From Pavona decussata (Eukaryota): a DNA stretch of 64,000 nt. The position numbers and the translations under genes were made by a program. Below the pieces are notes generated by a model, which worked only from the letters and a program-made list of their open reading frames with translations, was not told the DNA's origin and searched no databases. The stretch lies in contig CDRNST010000013.1 in assembly GCA_977016875.1 (NCBI GenBank), positions 558,001 to 622,000 of the forward strand, given 5' to 3'. This document shows, piece by piece, positions 26,601 to 39,668 of the stretch. The first letter of the stretch is position 1. Every line of letters begins with the position of its first letter.

Positions 26601-28463
26601 GGATTGTATCCGTGTGCACTAGGATGTTACCTGGCAGGAGAAAGTTGGTTTGCTCAGCCATACATAACTTCTGTAAACAGAGGGACAAATTCAGCTCTTC
26701 AAGCTGAGAATACGCAATGCTGTGCCCCAAGCGATTGAGTAGTTGGATTAGTCCGACGTTCCCAGTGTGTGATTTCACTGCTGACCGAAGAATAATATGT
26801 TTTGCTGGCTTAAAATGGCCTCTCGTTATTGTGAACACTAAGTGTTGGGCAACAGAGCGCTTGAGCCATGTCATCCTTTCCGTGAGGGGTGAATCACTGC
26901 CACTAAATAAGTAAATGTAAATTATTATTAAATAGATGGTGCAGGAACGTGTCAACAACCTCAGGAACTTCAGTGCTGCCTCCCTGAAGACTTGAGACAT
27001 TTGGAGGCCATTCTTGCTGGTCACTAAAGTGGTCTTTGACTGATTGGTGCACCTTTGTAGCCATGCGATCAACCTCTGTGGTGCCTACTTCTCTAGGACA
27101 ATGCCTCAACAGAGTAATTTCTTTCTACAGGTTAAAGCAAATCAGGGCAATTTCATCTCTTGTAAGGTTGTCTGGATAAACCACTACCTTGTTGGATTCT
27201 GTTTGAATCATGTGTAATGTGTCTTTTAACTCGTTTTCTAACTTTCGCTGGAGGTGTTTCCTCAATTCCGCTATCTAACATGAATGCCTTAATTAAGTTT
27301 TGAAAGCTCAATGATACTCTTATTAAGAAACATATCATTTCTGATATAATTGAACAATTTGACCAAGGCCGCTGCCTCAGCATTACCATAGGGTTCATCG
27401 ATTGTATTTTCATTTTGTTTGGAAACTTCAGCACTGGTGGTACTGACATTCGTGTACTGTCGATAACAAGAGCGGTGGTAATGAACCTCAGCCGCTGTTA
27501 GTTCCAAGGGAAAAAAGAGCTAGCACGTGAATCCATCTTGAGCTGTGCTGAATTTTTTACTGATATATCTGTCCTAAGCGGTCTACCTTGTGTTACGTTC
27601 TCTCTGCTCTTTGACCCCTTTTTGCATTTGTCTTTCTTTTCGCAAAACATGCAGATCTTTTCATAAACCCCTCAAGGTACTTAGCTGACCTCTTGTGGAT
27701 GCCCTTCGCTGGCCATCGCCATCAGTAGACAGCTCCGTATCTTTCATGCTCTCCTTTTTTTCATTAGCAATGATTTTTTTGAGATCTCTTTTCATAGTGA
27801 AAATGCTTCTACACTTTCTATGATAATAGACTTTAGTAATTTCATCTGGTGAATTAACCAGTATTCCAAGAATATCCTCGTGATGTCTCAATTCTGCAGC
27901 CAGTCTCGGTGTTCTCCATGATTCTACATAATTCGGGCTTATGGGCGCTCCGTCATCGTCACTACAGCGAATCAAGCAATACATTTCCCTTCTTACACGC
28001 TTCTCTGGAATTTGTGTCCTCAGACATGCCTGACAGACCGTTGAACTCTTTTGAAAGGTAATAGAATCCACTTCTAGTCAAGCTGTAAACACCGCTTACG
28101 TGAAACAAGATGGCGGCTACCCTAGTAGCAGTCTTCCCGGCTATGCCACTACGGGAGAAATAATTAAAACAAAAATGCCAAACACTTTTAGTGTGAAAAT
28201 ATGCTTTGTTTTTATCATACCTTTCCAGACTTTTACCGAAAAAAATAGGGTAAAGATATATAGTGAAAACATTATGGAGCAATTTCCCCCAGGATACTCA
28301 ACGTGAACCAATCTCGTCCAGAAATTATTCTAGGCTTAAAATTCAATTAATGAAAGTAAATAGCTACTTAGTACATATTGTCAGCAAGTTTTTTTAAAAT
28401 TTTTATCTCTCTACATAAAATAGATCTTTTAGTTATATGTAATGGAAGAGTTTTACCACGGTA
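23620..28463 (-). mobile_element. Academ (XPG-nuclease-containing, AcademX-type) DNA transposon, internally deleted and frameshifted; termini approximate
   Basis: Ordered motifs over 24560-28080: YHRKCRSIFT, AAEVHYHRSCY, LNRLGHSIAY, AFDNID..TLSGGGTSH, SWTGFN..YLPTINAP, VFDQAIY, RLGTFH, IDVVFDVY..SIK..ERERR, QEEADTRLLLHA, LHAFTGGDSVS, KRANYQ..W..GW and a Cys-rich C-terminus. Confidence 0.85.
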
Positions 28464-28581
28464 GCGTGACACATGTCACGCTTCGTACCTGCAAAAACCT
28501 CACATTGTTTTTGCAAAAGAAAAACTCTAACGGGAAATAAACTTGCTGTGTATCTTGATTTTCAATTTTATTTGACTGTAA

Positions 28582-30465
28582 TTTTTTTTTAATGCAAGTT
28601 TATTCCAAACAAACCATAACTTACAATACTAGCATTTCTTACTAATTGAACAATACCACACATTACTTACAATACCGTAGCATAACTTACAATAACTAAA
28701 CTTAAATTGCACTACTTACAGTAAATGCACAAAGAAAAATAGGAAGTTACGAAAAGAAAAAAGCTACATACAATCAATTTACTATTAACAATACAAAAAC
28801 TGGAGTTTGCACAATGCTTATCACACTAATTTGATTATAACGACGAACAAAACACAACTAAAAAAGCATGAAGACGGACAAAAGTACACATTTCCTGGTA
28901 GCCTTATAGCACAGGGGCCCACGTTTCCATAAATTGATTTAAGTTGTTATTTTTCGCAGCAATTGTACGCAGAATAGTTAGTTTGTTTTTCAGACGTAAA
29001 AGAAAACCTTCAAAGTTTAAGTTGCCATTGCATACACTTGTGGTGAAAATGTGGTATTTAGCAATAATGAGAGAGTAGTTGAGGACAAGCCAGGTTTTTT
29101 ATTTTTTATACCAGCCATAGAAGATCACGCTCTCGGATAAAGTTATTTTTTCTTGAAAGCTTTCTCGTCACCAGAGTCTAAACTGATTCCAAAAAGTCGA
29201 GGATACATGACATGCAAACAGCATGTGGCTTAAAGACTGGCATTCGGAATTGCATACGTGGCATATGTCAGTGTCTTTTATCCCAGCATGGAACAAGTTG
29301 GATTGCGTCGGTAAAATGTTATGAATAATTTAAATTGAAAGAAAATTAATTTTGGTTCTTTCAAAATTTGGAATGGAAGCATATAGACATTTTGGATGTT
29401 GTCTTTTGTGAAGCTGTAATTTAAAATCTTGCTCTCTGCCGTTGGTATTGAATAGCTATTACTCAGTATTATCGAATAAGCTGTTTTTGTTGATGGAAGT
29501 CGGGCGAATAGTTCTTCCTCATATGGGAGTCCTCTCTGGACATCTGTATTTTGGATACTTTTCTTCCAGTTTGCTGGGATAGCATTTAATACGCCGTAAT
29601 AGGTGGTAAAAGGTACATTTAAGTTGAATTTTGCTTTTAAATCAGCCAGAGAGAGAAAATTTTTTGTCTTCGGCGAGTAAGTCTTTGATGTACATTATAC
29701 CGTTAATGAGCCAGGAGTTATACAGGATTGGTTTTCCATCCACGAGAATGTTACCATTGTTCCAGATTATTTGGTTCTGTACTGCTTTATCATTATCGGT
29801 TAAGAGCTTGAAATTTTGCCAATAATTCAGAATTGTTCTGTAAAAATCAGGTAGATTTTGTAGGTCGAAAAATTTCATATCATACTGGCATTGGGTGAAA
29901 AAACTGATTCCACCATGCTGGCTCAATGTGTGCTCAGGAATTATTTTCCATGCGGCGTGGTTATTTTCTGCAAATCTTTTAATCCAGGCTATTTTAAGTG
30001 ACTTCTCCATAAGCTCAAAGTCAATCATTTTAAAACCACCATACTTCCTTTCGGCAATAATAGTTCTCCTTTTTATTTTGGCGGGTTTGCCGTCCCAAAT
30101 AAAGTTGAAAATGATACTGTTGATTCTCTCTACAGTACGTCTTGACATTGCTAATACAGAGGCACTGTAAATTAGTTTAGACAAACCTAAGGTTTTTACA
30201 ATGTTAATTTTTCCCAAAAGAGTGAGATTTCTTCGCTTCCAGCAACTGAGGGTTTTTTCCAATTTATCAATATTTTCCTCCAGATTAAGCATCCTAGCGC
30301 GTTCGGAATCGTAAGTAAAGTATATTCCGAGGGCGAGAACAGGATCATCTGGCCACTTGAAGCCGAAGGGTTTTTCTTTGCGGTTTTTCCAGGTACGTAG
30401 CCACATAGCTTCGGTTTTGCCTTTTATTAATTTCTAAGCCACTTACACGTTTAAACTCTTCTAGA
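28582..30465 (-). mobile_element. L1/Tx1-clade LINE, 5'-truncated (ORF2 C-terminus, 3' UTR, poly-A)
   Basis: ORF 29642-30406 (LGIYF..WKRRNLTLLGKINIVKTLGLSKLIY..FIWDGK..GGFKMID..IWNN). Zn-knuckle CHVC..HMLFAC near 29210-29270. Poly-T at about 28582-28591. Confidence 0.9.
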
Positions 30466-33400
30466 AGTTATGCTACTCTTATACACATGTAACTTGCATT
30501 GAGCTGGGAGAGATCAGCCTTCAATTTTACAATGGAAACATCAAACTTTAGTGATATGCCTACCACATTCCTGATCCAATCCCTCAGTCTCTTCTGCATT
30601 AGAAAAACCGAAATAAGGTCCTTCAGATCTCCATCAGTAAAGGTTTTTAATGCTGTACCAGTGATATTATTTTCTGCAAGGCACATACATGGACTGGGTA
30701 TTACTTACATGTGAATGAAGTGAAAGGCAAATTCACCATTTTCACTTTTGCCACTAGGTGAGCAGCTGATTAAGTTGGGAAAATCTTTCAAAGCATGCTG
30801 AAATAAGCAGCTGCCCCTAGAATTAATCTGCTCTCTTCTGCTGCTCGCATATTTGCTGACAGGTGGTTTTCCATGTCTAAAGCACAAATAGTATCAGTTT
30901 TTCTGTTTGGATCACAGTTACTGTCTCTTAAGCAAAATAATGATCTATTTTTTCATGTCCAGTCTTTTATATCTGAATCGAAGAGATTTTATAAAAGTAC
31001 CTAGATGTGTATTTTCCACCTGTTAGCATTGCTTAATGCTGCTTTTTGTTTGTTTTGCTGCCGCTTTGACTAATTATTATTTAATGTAAATGTTCAATTC
31101 AATGTTATTTCCAAGTGAGCTCTCTCGATGAGGTTTTTTTCTCTTAGAGCAAACTTCAACAATAAAATATGTTTAAATAAAAAAAAGAAATAAGTAACAT
31201 GATCACAGAATGAACTGGGCCAGAGATACGTATAACTTTTTCTCACAAAATTGAAGGAGAGCACATCTCCCTCAGAAATGAGTTTTTGCAAAAAATTCTC
31301 CCATTCCATAGTATTTAGGTTGAAACTTTATCAGTGTAAATAACATCCACTGAAGGGTCAAGAATAGCACAAAAGAAAGTGGGAGAAAAAAGTGAAATTA
31401 AATGGCAACAAAATTAAATAAGGCCCCCTCATGGCTGTATTTTGTGTATGCCCAAACAAAGTGTAAGCTTACGCATAATTTATGCAATAGCTCGCGCGAT
31501 TTCCCGCCAGGCTATGATTAGCGATTTTAGAAGAGTTTCGTTCCACTGAATCTCAAAAACTCCTGGAGAAAATAACAAATAAAATAAAGGGAATTATAAT
31601 TTAGGCCTCTTTTTTGATGTTGGTCTAATAAAATTATGTTTGAAATATGGAGTTTTCCTTTTATAAAGACAAAATTGGCCTTTTTTGAACTGGCGCCAAA
31701 AGTTGTGTACATACTCACCGCATATCATTTGGATGATTTCTTCTTCAACACCTTTTTTCAAAGCCATCTACCAATATCCGCTGGGTGGTGAGGTATGGAG
31801 CTGGTGTTGAAGTTTTTGCCGAACAACAAATCAATCATTTTTATGCAAATTTCGCAATTATGCATCATACAATCGACCGACGGCAGCAGAGCAAGTAGAG
31901 CGTTTGCAGAGCGTGGGGTTGGAGAAGAAAGAGACCTGGTTTCGAGCCTGCAAACAAGGTTGGCCTAGTCCCTGACGGTCTAACTCCCACCAATATGTCA
32001 CGGTGCTGGAAGTGTATGATCTGTGCGTTTATTTGAGTGAACTTATCTCTCAATTAAACTTCGCACATGGCAATGACGACAATTTTCGCCGAGCATGCGG
32101 ACTGCCTGACTGCCCATCTGACAAAGAGTATACGTCCGCTAATTCACTTGCAAAACACGTGCGATCAAAGCACCGTTATCATCTGTGGTTTACTTTTGAT
32201 GATGTTTTCCCTCCTGCAACTGCAGCTGGGGCTGAAGGCTGTTAGGATTATTCACAAGGTGAAACCTGTGATAGATTTTATTTGAAGTGAAGTCTTGGTT
32301 TCTGTTTATTTTGAGTACTGAATGAGTCCTTGCATAGTAAGTGGGGTGGGTAGGACCCAGTCCCCTTATGTTGATTTCTTTAATTTATTTATCACAGATT
32401 TTGATGAATATGTGATGGCCGAGATGTTGGCATCTGAAGGTGACTTTGAGAGTGATGGTGATGATGTGGGTTGCAATCGTGCATCGATCATAGCATGATG
32501 AAGCTCAGTGCAGTGATGGAAGAATGAGTAAAGATTCTGATGAGGATACCACGCCCAGTTTTAGGAATTCTCAACAGGTTTTGTTTAAAAATCAGGGAGG
32601 AAGCAATAATTAGCAACAAAGCACAGGAAAGAATTAGAAGTGTCACTATTTCTCTTTTGAAGGCAACATCCTAGCAGAGCAAATAACAGGTGACTAGGAT
32701 TCTTCAGGATAATGGTTTAAATTCCAGTAGTATGCCGGAGCTACAAGATGCATTCTTTTTTGTTTTTTAATTTTTATTCTGCGTTATGTTACAATGTTAC
32801 AAGTGCTAACACTAATGACATTACTGTTACAGTTACAACAGTTCATAACTCTACACCTGGACTGCTTACGGTTGCAGTACTGCGCATTAATCACAATTTG
32901 CTACAAAATACATATAAACTTTTACATGTTCATTACTTCTGTACTTTATAATAAATAAAGTATAATCTGACATATCCAAAGAATTATTATACATTATAAT
33001 ATACTAGAATAGATAATTTCAAATGAGTCTTAATATACATTTTTACTTCTAAGATTTATTTTAACCATCTTTTTGTCTAATTTCATATAATATAATTCTG
33101 CTTATCTTTGGTGAAAGAGAGAAATAACGAGCATAAAGAACAAAAGTTAATTATACTGCTTATAGAAACAAGATATTCAGCAATGTAAGGCTAACCGTAG
33201 ATAGAAGAAGAGGTAACGCGACAGGATACTAAAACGTGGCTATGTAGCCTTAAAGGAAAAATTGCCATTTTTTAAAAAACGCACTAGTTTTATTTGCTTG
33301 TACTACTTTAGATCTCTCCAGATCAATTTTTACCTGCACCGAATCTCTGAGGTCCACGGAATGTTCCAAGTTCCGGAAATCCTGTCAGTAGATTATTAAG

Positions 33401-35338
33401 TTGTTATAGAAAGATAGAAGCTGGTCGCTTAATTTCAAATACTTAGCGTCGTAGCTACAAGGAAACAGAAGGTTCCCACCAACATTGGAAAGGAGGGATG
33501 TAGGGATGGCACAGACGTTTTACCCAACACAGCTTTAAAGCTTTGTCGAACAGCACAAAATCAGTCATGTTAAGACCTCCTTCTTTTTTGCATTTCAAGA
33601 TTGTGGTCTTTTTAATTTTCGGATATTTGTATTTGCATATGTAATCAAAAATTATTTTGTTGACTTCACCTGTGAAGGAGTCCAGTGTATCTGGCAAGGA
33701 TGGATGATTGAAGGTAGCACTGTTTCTAAGCGCACAACTACGGCTTTAGTAGCAATTTTGTAATCTGTATTTAGTAAAGATATGGGTCTCAAATTTTTGA
33801 GGTATTCTAGCTGTTTGCTCTTTTTGGGAATCAGTGTTATTCCTAGTTTTTGAGAAATTGATGCACCCTTTTTGAAAAGCGTAATTGAAGCTGCCAACTA
33901 CTAGGGCTGCTAGAATATCCCAAAAGAAGCGATAAAATTCAATTGTGAGACCATCAGATCCTGGCGTTTTGTTGTTGCTGAAGCTACTCAACACTTTTGT
34001 ACATTCTTCTATGGTTAACAGACCTTCACAACTGTCGGACTCCTCCCTTTCCAGGTGCTCGAGGCCGTCAGATTCGAAAAAGAACTCAAATTGTTCAAGA
34101 TTAGGGTTCGAATTGCTGGTTTCGTAAAGTTTTGAAAAGAAGTTTGCTTCCTCCCTTAGAATTTCTTTTGAGCAGTTGGTGGTGGTACGGTTTGGCTTCT
34201 TCAAAGATGTGATATTTTTCTTTTTCTGGCTTCGCTTTTCAAGATTGTAAAAATACTTGCTGTTTTGTTCACCAAATTCATACCACCGAGCTCTGCTGCG
34301 GACGATTGCACCACGCGTCTTACTTGCTGTAGTTCTTGCAAGTTTAGTTTTAATACGTTCCATCTCAGCTTTTGTTGATTCATTGAAAATCAAGCGCAGC
34401 TGCTCCTGTAAGGAATTGAATCTAAGTAGATGCTCTTTTTCTTCGTTCTGCTTTTGTTTAGCCTTGCGTTTCGCGAATATGACTGTAGTTGCTCTTATTT
34501 CCATCTTGATCATTTCCCACAAAAGCCCGTTGTCTTCAAGTTCTTGATATTTTTTAACATATTCAGGAATGTTTTTTGTTATGAGTTCAACATAGGTTTT
34601 GTCAGCCAATAGCGAGTTATTAAATTTCCAGAAACCCGGGCCGCGATGTGCTTGTTTGCTTCAGTACCTATCAGTACGTTGAGCGCCGAATGATCTGAGA
34701 ATATGTTCGGCATTATTTTGACATCGGCGATAGCGCGCTCGAAATTTTTGGATAAAAACAGATAGTCCAACCTGCACTGAATTTTCATAGAAGGGTTACT
34801 CGATGTACAACCTGGAAGAGTCGGATTTTTTAGTCTCCACTTATCCACAAGATCATGTGTAAATAAAAGAGTATTCAATTCATTGATAACATTTTTTTTT
34901 AAGCTCCAGGGAGCGTCCACCACGTTTGTCAAGGTCACCCAGCACTATTCTTTCATTTGCATATTGATTAATAATGGACTGTGATAAGTCCCTCAGGAAA
35001 TGAACCTGAAGTGTTGTGTCGTTTGGGGCGTAAATATTCAAACACACTATTTTTGTTTCACCTAAAGTTGCCTCAGCTACGATGTATCTACCATTCTTAT
35101 CGGCGACAATGTTTTCGATTGTTACGTCAAGTCTTGGCTTAACCCATTGACTCCTACACCGGCCAAAACCGGCCGCGCGCGCGACATCCAAACTTCCTAC
35201 ACCGGCCAAAACCGGCCGCAAGTAACGCCTAGTACAAAACTGCTCCCCTCTCCTCCAGGGGATGTTTTATTTATTGTCATAGCAACTAAGACAGGAAATA
35301 AACCAATCAAAATCCGTCTTTTGCGCATTTTTGACAGC

Positions 35339-35341
<3 letters not shown>

Positions 35342-35372
<31 letters not shown>

Positions 35373-35922
35373 TTAACACGCTTTATTTAAATACGCAAAT
35401 ACACTAATACACTTAGGTTGCTTACACTTATATAAATTACTTACACTTATACAGTATCTGAATTTTACAAAGTACTTTTCTGTTAAATTAAAAGAGAAAA
35501 AAAAAAGACAACTAAGTAATAGAGAAAAAGAAAAGAAGAGACGAAAAAAAAATATTAAGATAACAAAAGAAGTTAAACGAAAAAAACTACAAAATCGAGC
35601 CTCTGCATTAGCTTACATATGTGAGTTACGAAAAAAAAATGCATCGCATCATTCATTTTGATTGAGAGCAGAAATTCCATTTAAGCACATTTTTCTAATT
35701 TCCATTGAATAGTAAGTTTGTTTACAAGTTCATCTAAAGACAATTCTTTCTGAAGGTGTTTAGAGGAGTAGATATATTGCTTGACCAAGATGATGAGTAA
35801 ATCTAGCCTGCGTCTTTCGGGGTCCGAGAGCGCATCAGTTACATGATGTATATCACGAAAGACAATTTGTTCGCTCGAGAGTGTTATTGTAGTACCTTGG
35901 CACTGGTTGAACCATGATATAA
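35342..35922 (-). mobile_element. Short 5'-truncated L1/Tx1 insertion inside the piggyBac 5' region
   Basis: 30-nt poly-T at 35341-35370. 12-bp TSD tttgacagctat at 35330-35341 and 35923-35934. Encodes the ORF2 end (LLIILVKQYIYSSK..KLEK). Confidence 0.88.
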
Positions 35923-35996
35923 TTTGACAGCTATAAAAAGGCCGTCTCCACGTGCTAATTCTTTGTCGCTTTGTTTGATCGTGCGTGGAGAAAACA

Positions 35997-37727
35997 ATAG
36001 CCGATGACGCAGAGATCGACTCAGATTTCAATGACTTGTTTGAGGACTCAGGTGACGAAAGTTCATTCGATGGCTCTTCTGTCGATGGAGATGAAGACTC
36101 AGATGGCTCAGATGACTCCGACGTAAATCTTGAAGGTTTGGTCAACGAAGGAAACCAATAAGATGGAAGACCTGCCGCTGCCGCCGCCGAAGAAGACGAA
36201 GAGGACCAAGATGAGGAAGATTTGCCCTGGACCGATCAGCTTCGCCATGTTGTTCGCCCCGCTTTCAGTTCAGCCATCGGTATCAATTTTCCGTTACCCG
36301 AGAACCCAAGAGAGATAGATTTTGTTTCAGCTTTTATTGATGATGATTTGTGGGATTTGATTGTGTTAGAAACTAATCGCTACGCGCAGTAAAAGCTCGC
36401 AAATTCCCCTGCTTGTCTTGCGAATTATGTCCCTATTACGCGCCCCGAATTGAAAGCTTTTATTGCTGTAAATATCGTTATGGGTATGGTGAAACTGCCT
36501 AGTATTGGTTTGTACTGGTCTTCAAATGATTTTTTCGGAAATCGAGGTATTATGAAGATCATGACTAAAAACAGGTATGAAGAAATTAGTCAGTACTTAC
36601 ATTTTAGTGATTCTTCCGTAGAGCCCGCAAGTGGAACGCCAGGATTTGATCGTCTTTACAAGGTACGTGGTGTTTTCGATCGCATTCGCCAGAAATGTCA
36701 GACTAATTTTAAACCATCTAAGAACATCTCAGTCGATGAGGGCATGATAGGTTATTGAGGTATGTTGTCGTTTCGTCAATATATGCCCGCGAAGCCCACG
36801 AAGTACGGCATCAAGATGTGGATGGCCGCCGATTCCAGCAATGGGTATGTATTGAACTTCGATGTTTACCTCGGTAAAGAAGAGGGCCAACGAAGAATCC
36901 ATGGTTTAGGTTATGATGTTGTATTTAAAATGCTTACACCTTTTATGAATAAACATCATCACGTATTTTTTGATAATTTCTTTAGTTCAGTTAAATTACT
37001 TAGACATGTGGAAGCTCAGAACACCTAGGCTTGTGCAACGGTAAGAACAAATCGGAAAGAATTGCCCCCTGCGCGCAGCAAAAGCTACGCCCAGGCCAGA
37101 GAGTTGTTAGCCAAAAGCAGAACATCGTTTTTACTAAGTGGCATGACAAGCGAGAAGTAAGTTTAATTAGTACAAATTTAAACCCTTTGGATGCAGATGT
37201 TGTGACCCAGCGCCACGATAAGCAGATCCAGAAACCCCCTGTTGTGGTTTTGTACAATTCGAACATGGGCGGTGTTGATCTTGCTGATCAAATGCATAAG
37301 TATTACACCATAGGGCGTTCGTCTTGTAAGTGGTATAAGTATTTGTTTTGGTTCTTGATCGATCTTTCTATTTGTAATGCTTTCATCTTGTGCAATTTTT
37401 TTCGACAGGGACAAGGTAAAGGTAAGCTAAAGCAAGCCGCATTTCGCACAAACCTCGCAATGCGGTTTGTTGATGGCTTTTGTTCGCGCACGAGCACCGC
37501 AAAGCGCCGTAAGATCGAGACGCTTTCGCTTTCAGCTGCAAATGCTGGCAGACATTTTATTGAAAAAATTCAGGGTAGGAAGCGGGAGTGTGTTAATTGT
37601 AAGAGAGCAGGTAAGAAAACTCCGGGTCGAAAGGTCATCCGGTCGAAAGCTCTTTCAAATGCCTTCAGTGTGATGTCACGCCCTGCAAGGTAGGTTGCTT
37701 CCAAGAATATCACAACGCCGATGGCTG
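35997..37727 (+). pseudogene. piggyBac (PGBD4-like) transposase with premature stops
   Basis: Acidic N-terminus, ETNRYA, DRLYKVR, SVDEGMI, FRQYMPAKPTKYGIK, FFDNFFSS, WHDKREV, YNSNMGGVDLADQ and a C-terminal Cys-rich domain. Confidence 0.93.
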
Positions 37728-38722
37728 AATGTCTTCCTTCGCACCTGAGTCCTCGAACATTCAAAGAAATCTTCATTTCTGCAAAGTTAGAAACTTAGAA
37801 TACACAATTAGTACATAAAGCGACTTGATAATATTAATTTGGTTCACCTTTCACTTTGTAATTGCCTTTGGTTTGGCTGCCAAAATTATGAACATGAATT
37901 TCTATTTTCCAAAATGTCGTGCCGTAGCGCAATAATTTCTGATTTGACTGAAATGTTTTGGTTTTTCCGCAAGGTTTGGCATTCGATTTTGCCGGATTTT
38001 GGATATTTTGATCAATTAATTATTGGTGTTTTAAATAAACATTGTTCGGAAACCCAATCTTGTGTGTGTGTTTACTGCGCATATAGTTTTTATTTTTTGC
38101 TCGCGTATTTGCCTTCCAAGTCGAAATTCTCACAAGAAGTTGACTTGTTTGCGCGCGGTATTTTACAGGAGTCAAAGGGTTAAACATTATCATAATGCCG
38201 CAACTATGGGTAGAGCCATGACTAGCACATATTTTCCTGCCTCATTCATTTTCCCAGATTTTGATCGTTTGTGTTGAAGAGTACGTTTCTCAGAGGAAAA
38301 TTACGTCATCGTTTTGTTGGTGCAGCCATCTAAATAACTGCCTTCGTTTGCACGATTTGTTTAAACCTCTGACATTCAGAGTGCTAACTTTGAGATCCAT
38401 CTATACTTAGGTTGTCAAGCAACATTTGATAATTTGATTCAAACCGTGGACTTGAAAGCCTTGGCAGAAATAAATAAAGATCAAACGAAAAATTAAATAT
38501 TTCTGGACGATTTTGTAGGTGAGACATGAACAAAGCAAACATGGTAGTGGAATATAATGTCGCGAAGAAGACGTATAAGAAAACGGTTAGACATTGATGA
38601 ATCTTGAAATCTCTACACGAATACATAGCTACTAGACCTAAACTTATCTATCGGCACACTTTCCTGGCTAGGACGGGGGGCAAAAGTACCTGAAAGGACT
38701 TGTCCATGACTTACTAGTTCAA

Positions 38723-39589
38723 TTAAATTGTAGAGTTACCATGTTCCATAAGGCAACTGTAGATCGGAAAACGCTTTGTTTCAGGGCCTCGATAAACAAT
38801 GCCATCAATTATAAGTTTTTCCACATTGAAGAAAGCAGTTTTCTGCTCGCTCCTGGCTTTTTTAAGAACTGGTTGGAGGTCTTTCCTGATTTCATCAACC
38901 TCCGGAGGAAAGTCGTCAGCTACTCCGAACTTTGCGCTTTTTCGTAGATTCTTGATTTGGGACTTGATAAATTCTTTATCTTGATAGAATGACACTTTCG
39001 CTATAATAGGTCTTGGGTAAGGTTTTTTGTCAGAGAGTGGCCTTGTTGGTATCCTGTGCACTCTTTCAAACTGGATTTTGCTCACATCTTCTTGACGAAT
39101 CTTCATTTCTTTGTTTAAAAAAAGTCTGAGTGCTCTCTCAGTGTCTTTTGTGGATTCCTTATCAGAATCTTTTACTCCATAGAGCTTGATATTGTTTCGG
39201 GGATTGTAGCATTCTTGTTTTATTTGGCGTCGCTCAAGCTCATTAAGCTTAGCAAGTTCTTTGTTTGCATCCTGCAAGCTAGCGGTAGCGGTAAGCTGAA
39301 CTTTTAGCTCTTTCACATCATTCTGCGTAAATTCAAGCCTGTCTGTCATACTCTGTTTTTCTTCCTCCAGTTTCTTAATTCTCTCTTTAAGGTGTTCAAA
39401 CTCGGGTAGCTTAAGGAGTACTTTGTCCAATTTTTCTTCGATATGTTTAAGTCTTTTGGTGCACGTGGTAACGCCATCTTGTTGTTCTTCTTCGTCAGTT
39501 TACGGACTTCTTTATTGCCTATTTCTTTTCTTTGGGTTATCTTTTGTAGTGGGAGTATTTAGCTCTTCAACAGTCGCCTCAGAACTCAT
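38723..39589 (-). pseudogene. L1 ORF1p-like protein (coiled coil plus RRM/CTD); 5' part disrupted
   Basis: Coiled-coil segment followed by RNNIKLYGV..FERVHRI..PRPIIAKVSFYQDKEFI..VADDFP. Confidence 0.85.
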
Positions 39590-39658
39590 GGTTACGGATA
39601 GTTTGTCAACGCCAAGAACGATTTTAGGCAGGCATGGTCGGAGCGCAAAAATACATGT

Positions 39659-39668
39659 CCGCCATCTT
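39659..39668 (-). promoter_or_regulatory. YY1-type motif (AAGATGGCGG) about 20 nt from the L1 5' end
   Basis: Minus strand reads gacgagactgggacgtagcgAAGATGGCGGac, in the position where L1 internal promoters carry a YY1 site. Confidence 0.5.

Larger units (their letters stand above)
22780..31800 (-). pseudogene. Spliced SAM-domain (SAMD3-like) gene remnant; probable accessory gene of the adjacent EnSpm-like transposon
   Basis: Exon at about 31719-31790 (PADIGRW..KGVEEEIIQMIC, GT donor 31718) splices in phase to exon 30564-30673 (ENNITGTALKTFTDGDLKDLI), giving a SAM-domain pattern. A C-terminal exon at about 22780-23070 reads PQLFVVIENQVVMEL..GLFSFFGVHFVFNSEY..FIEEYVFG. Introns contain Academ and L1 insertions. 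Confidence 0.55.
35143..38179 (+). mobile_element. piggyBac transposon, full length, inactive
   Basis: TTAA TSD at 35139-35142 and 38180-38183. 13-bp TIRs cccattgactcct / aggagtcaaaggg. A 24-bp subterminal direct repeat cctacaccggccaaaaccggccgc occurs twice. Removal restores L1 ORF2 (CGIMIMFK|PRLDVT). Confidence 0.95.
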
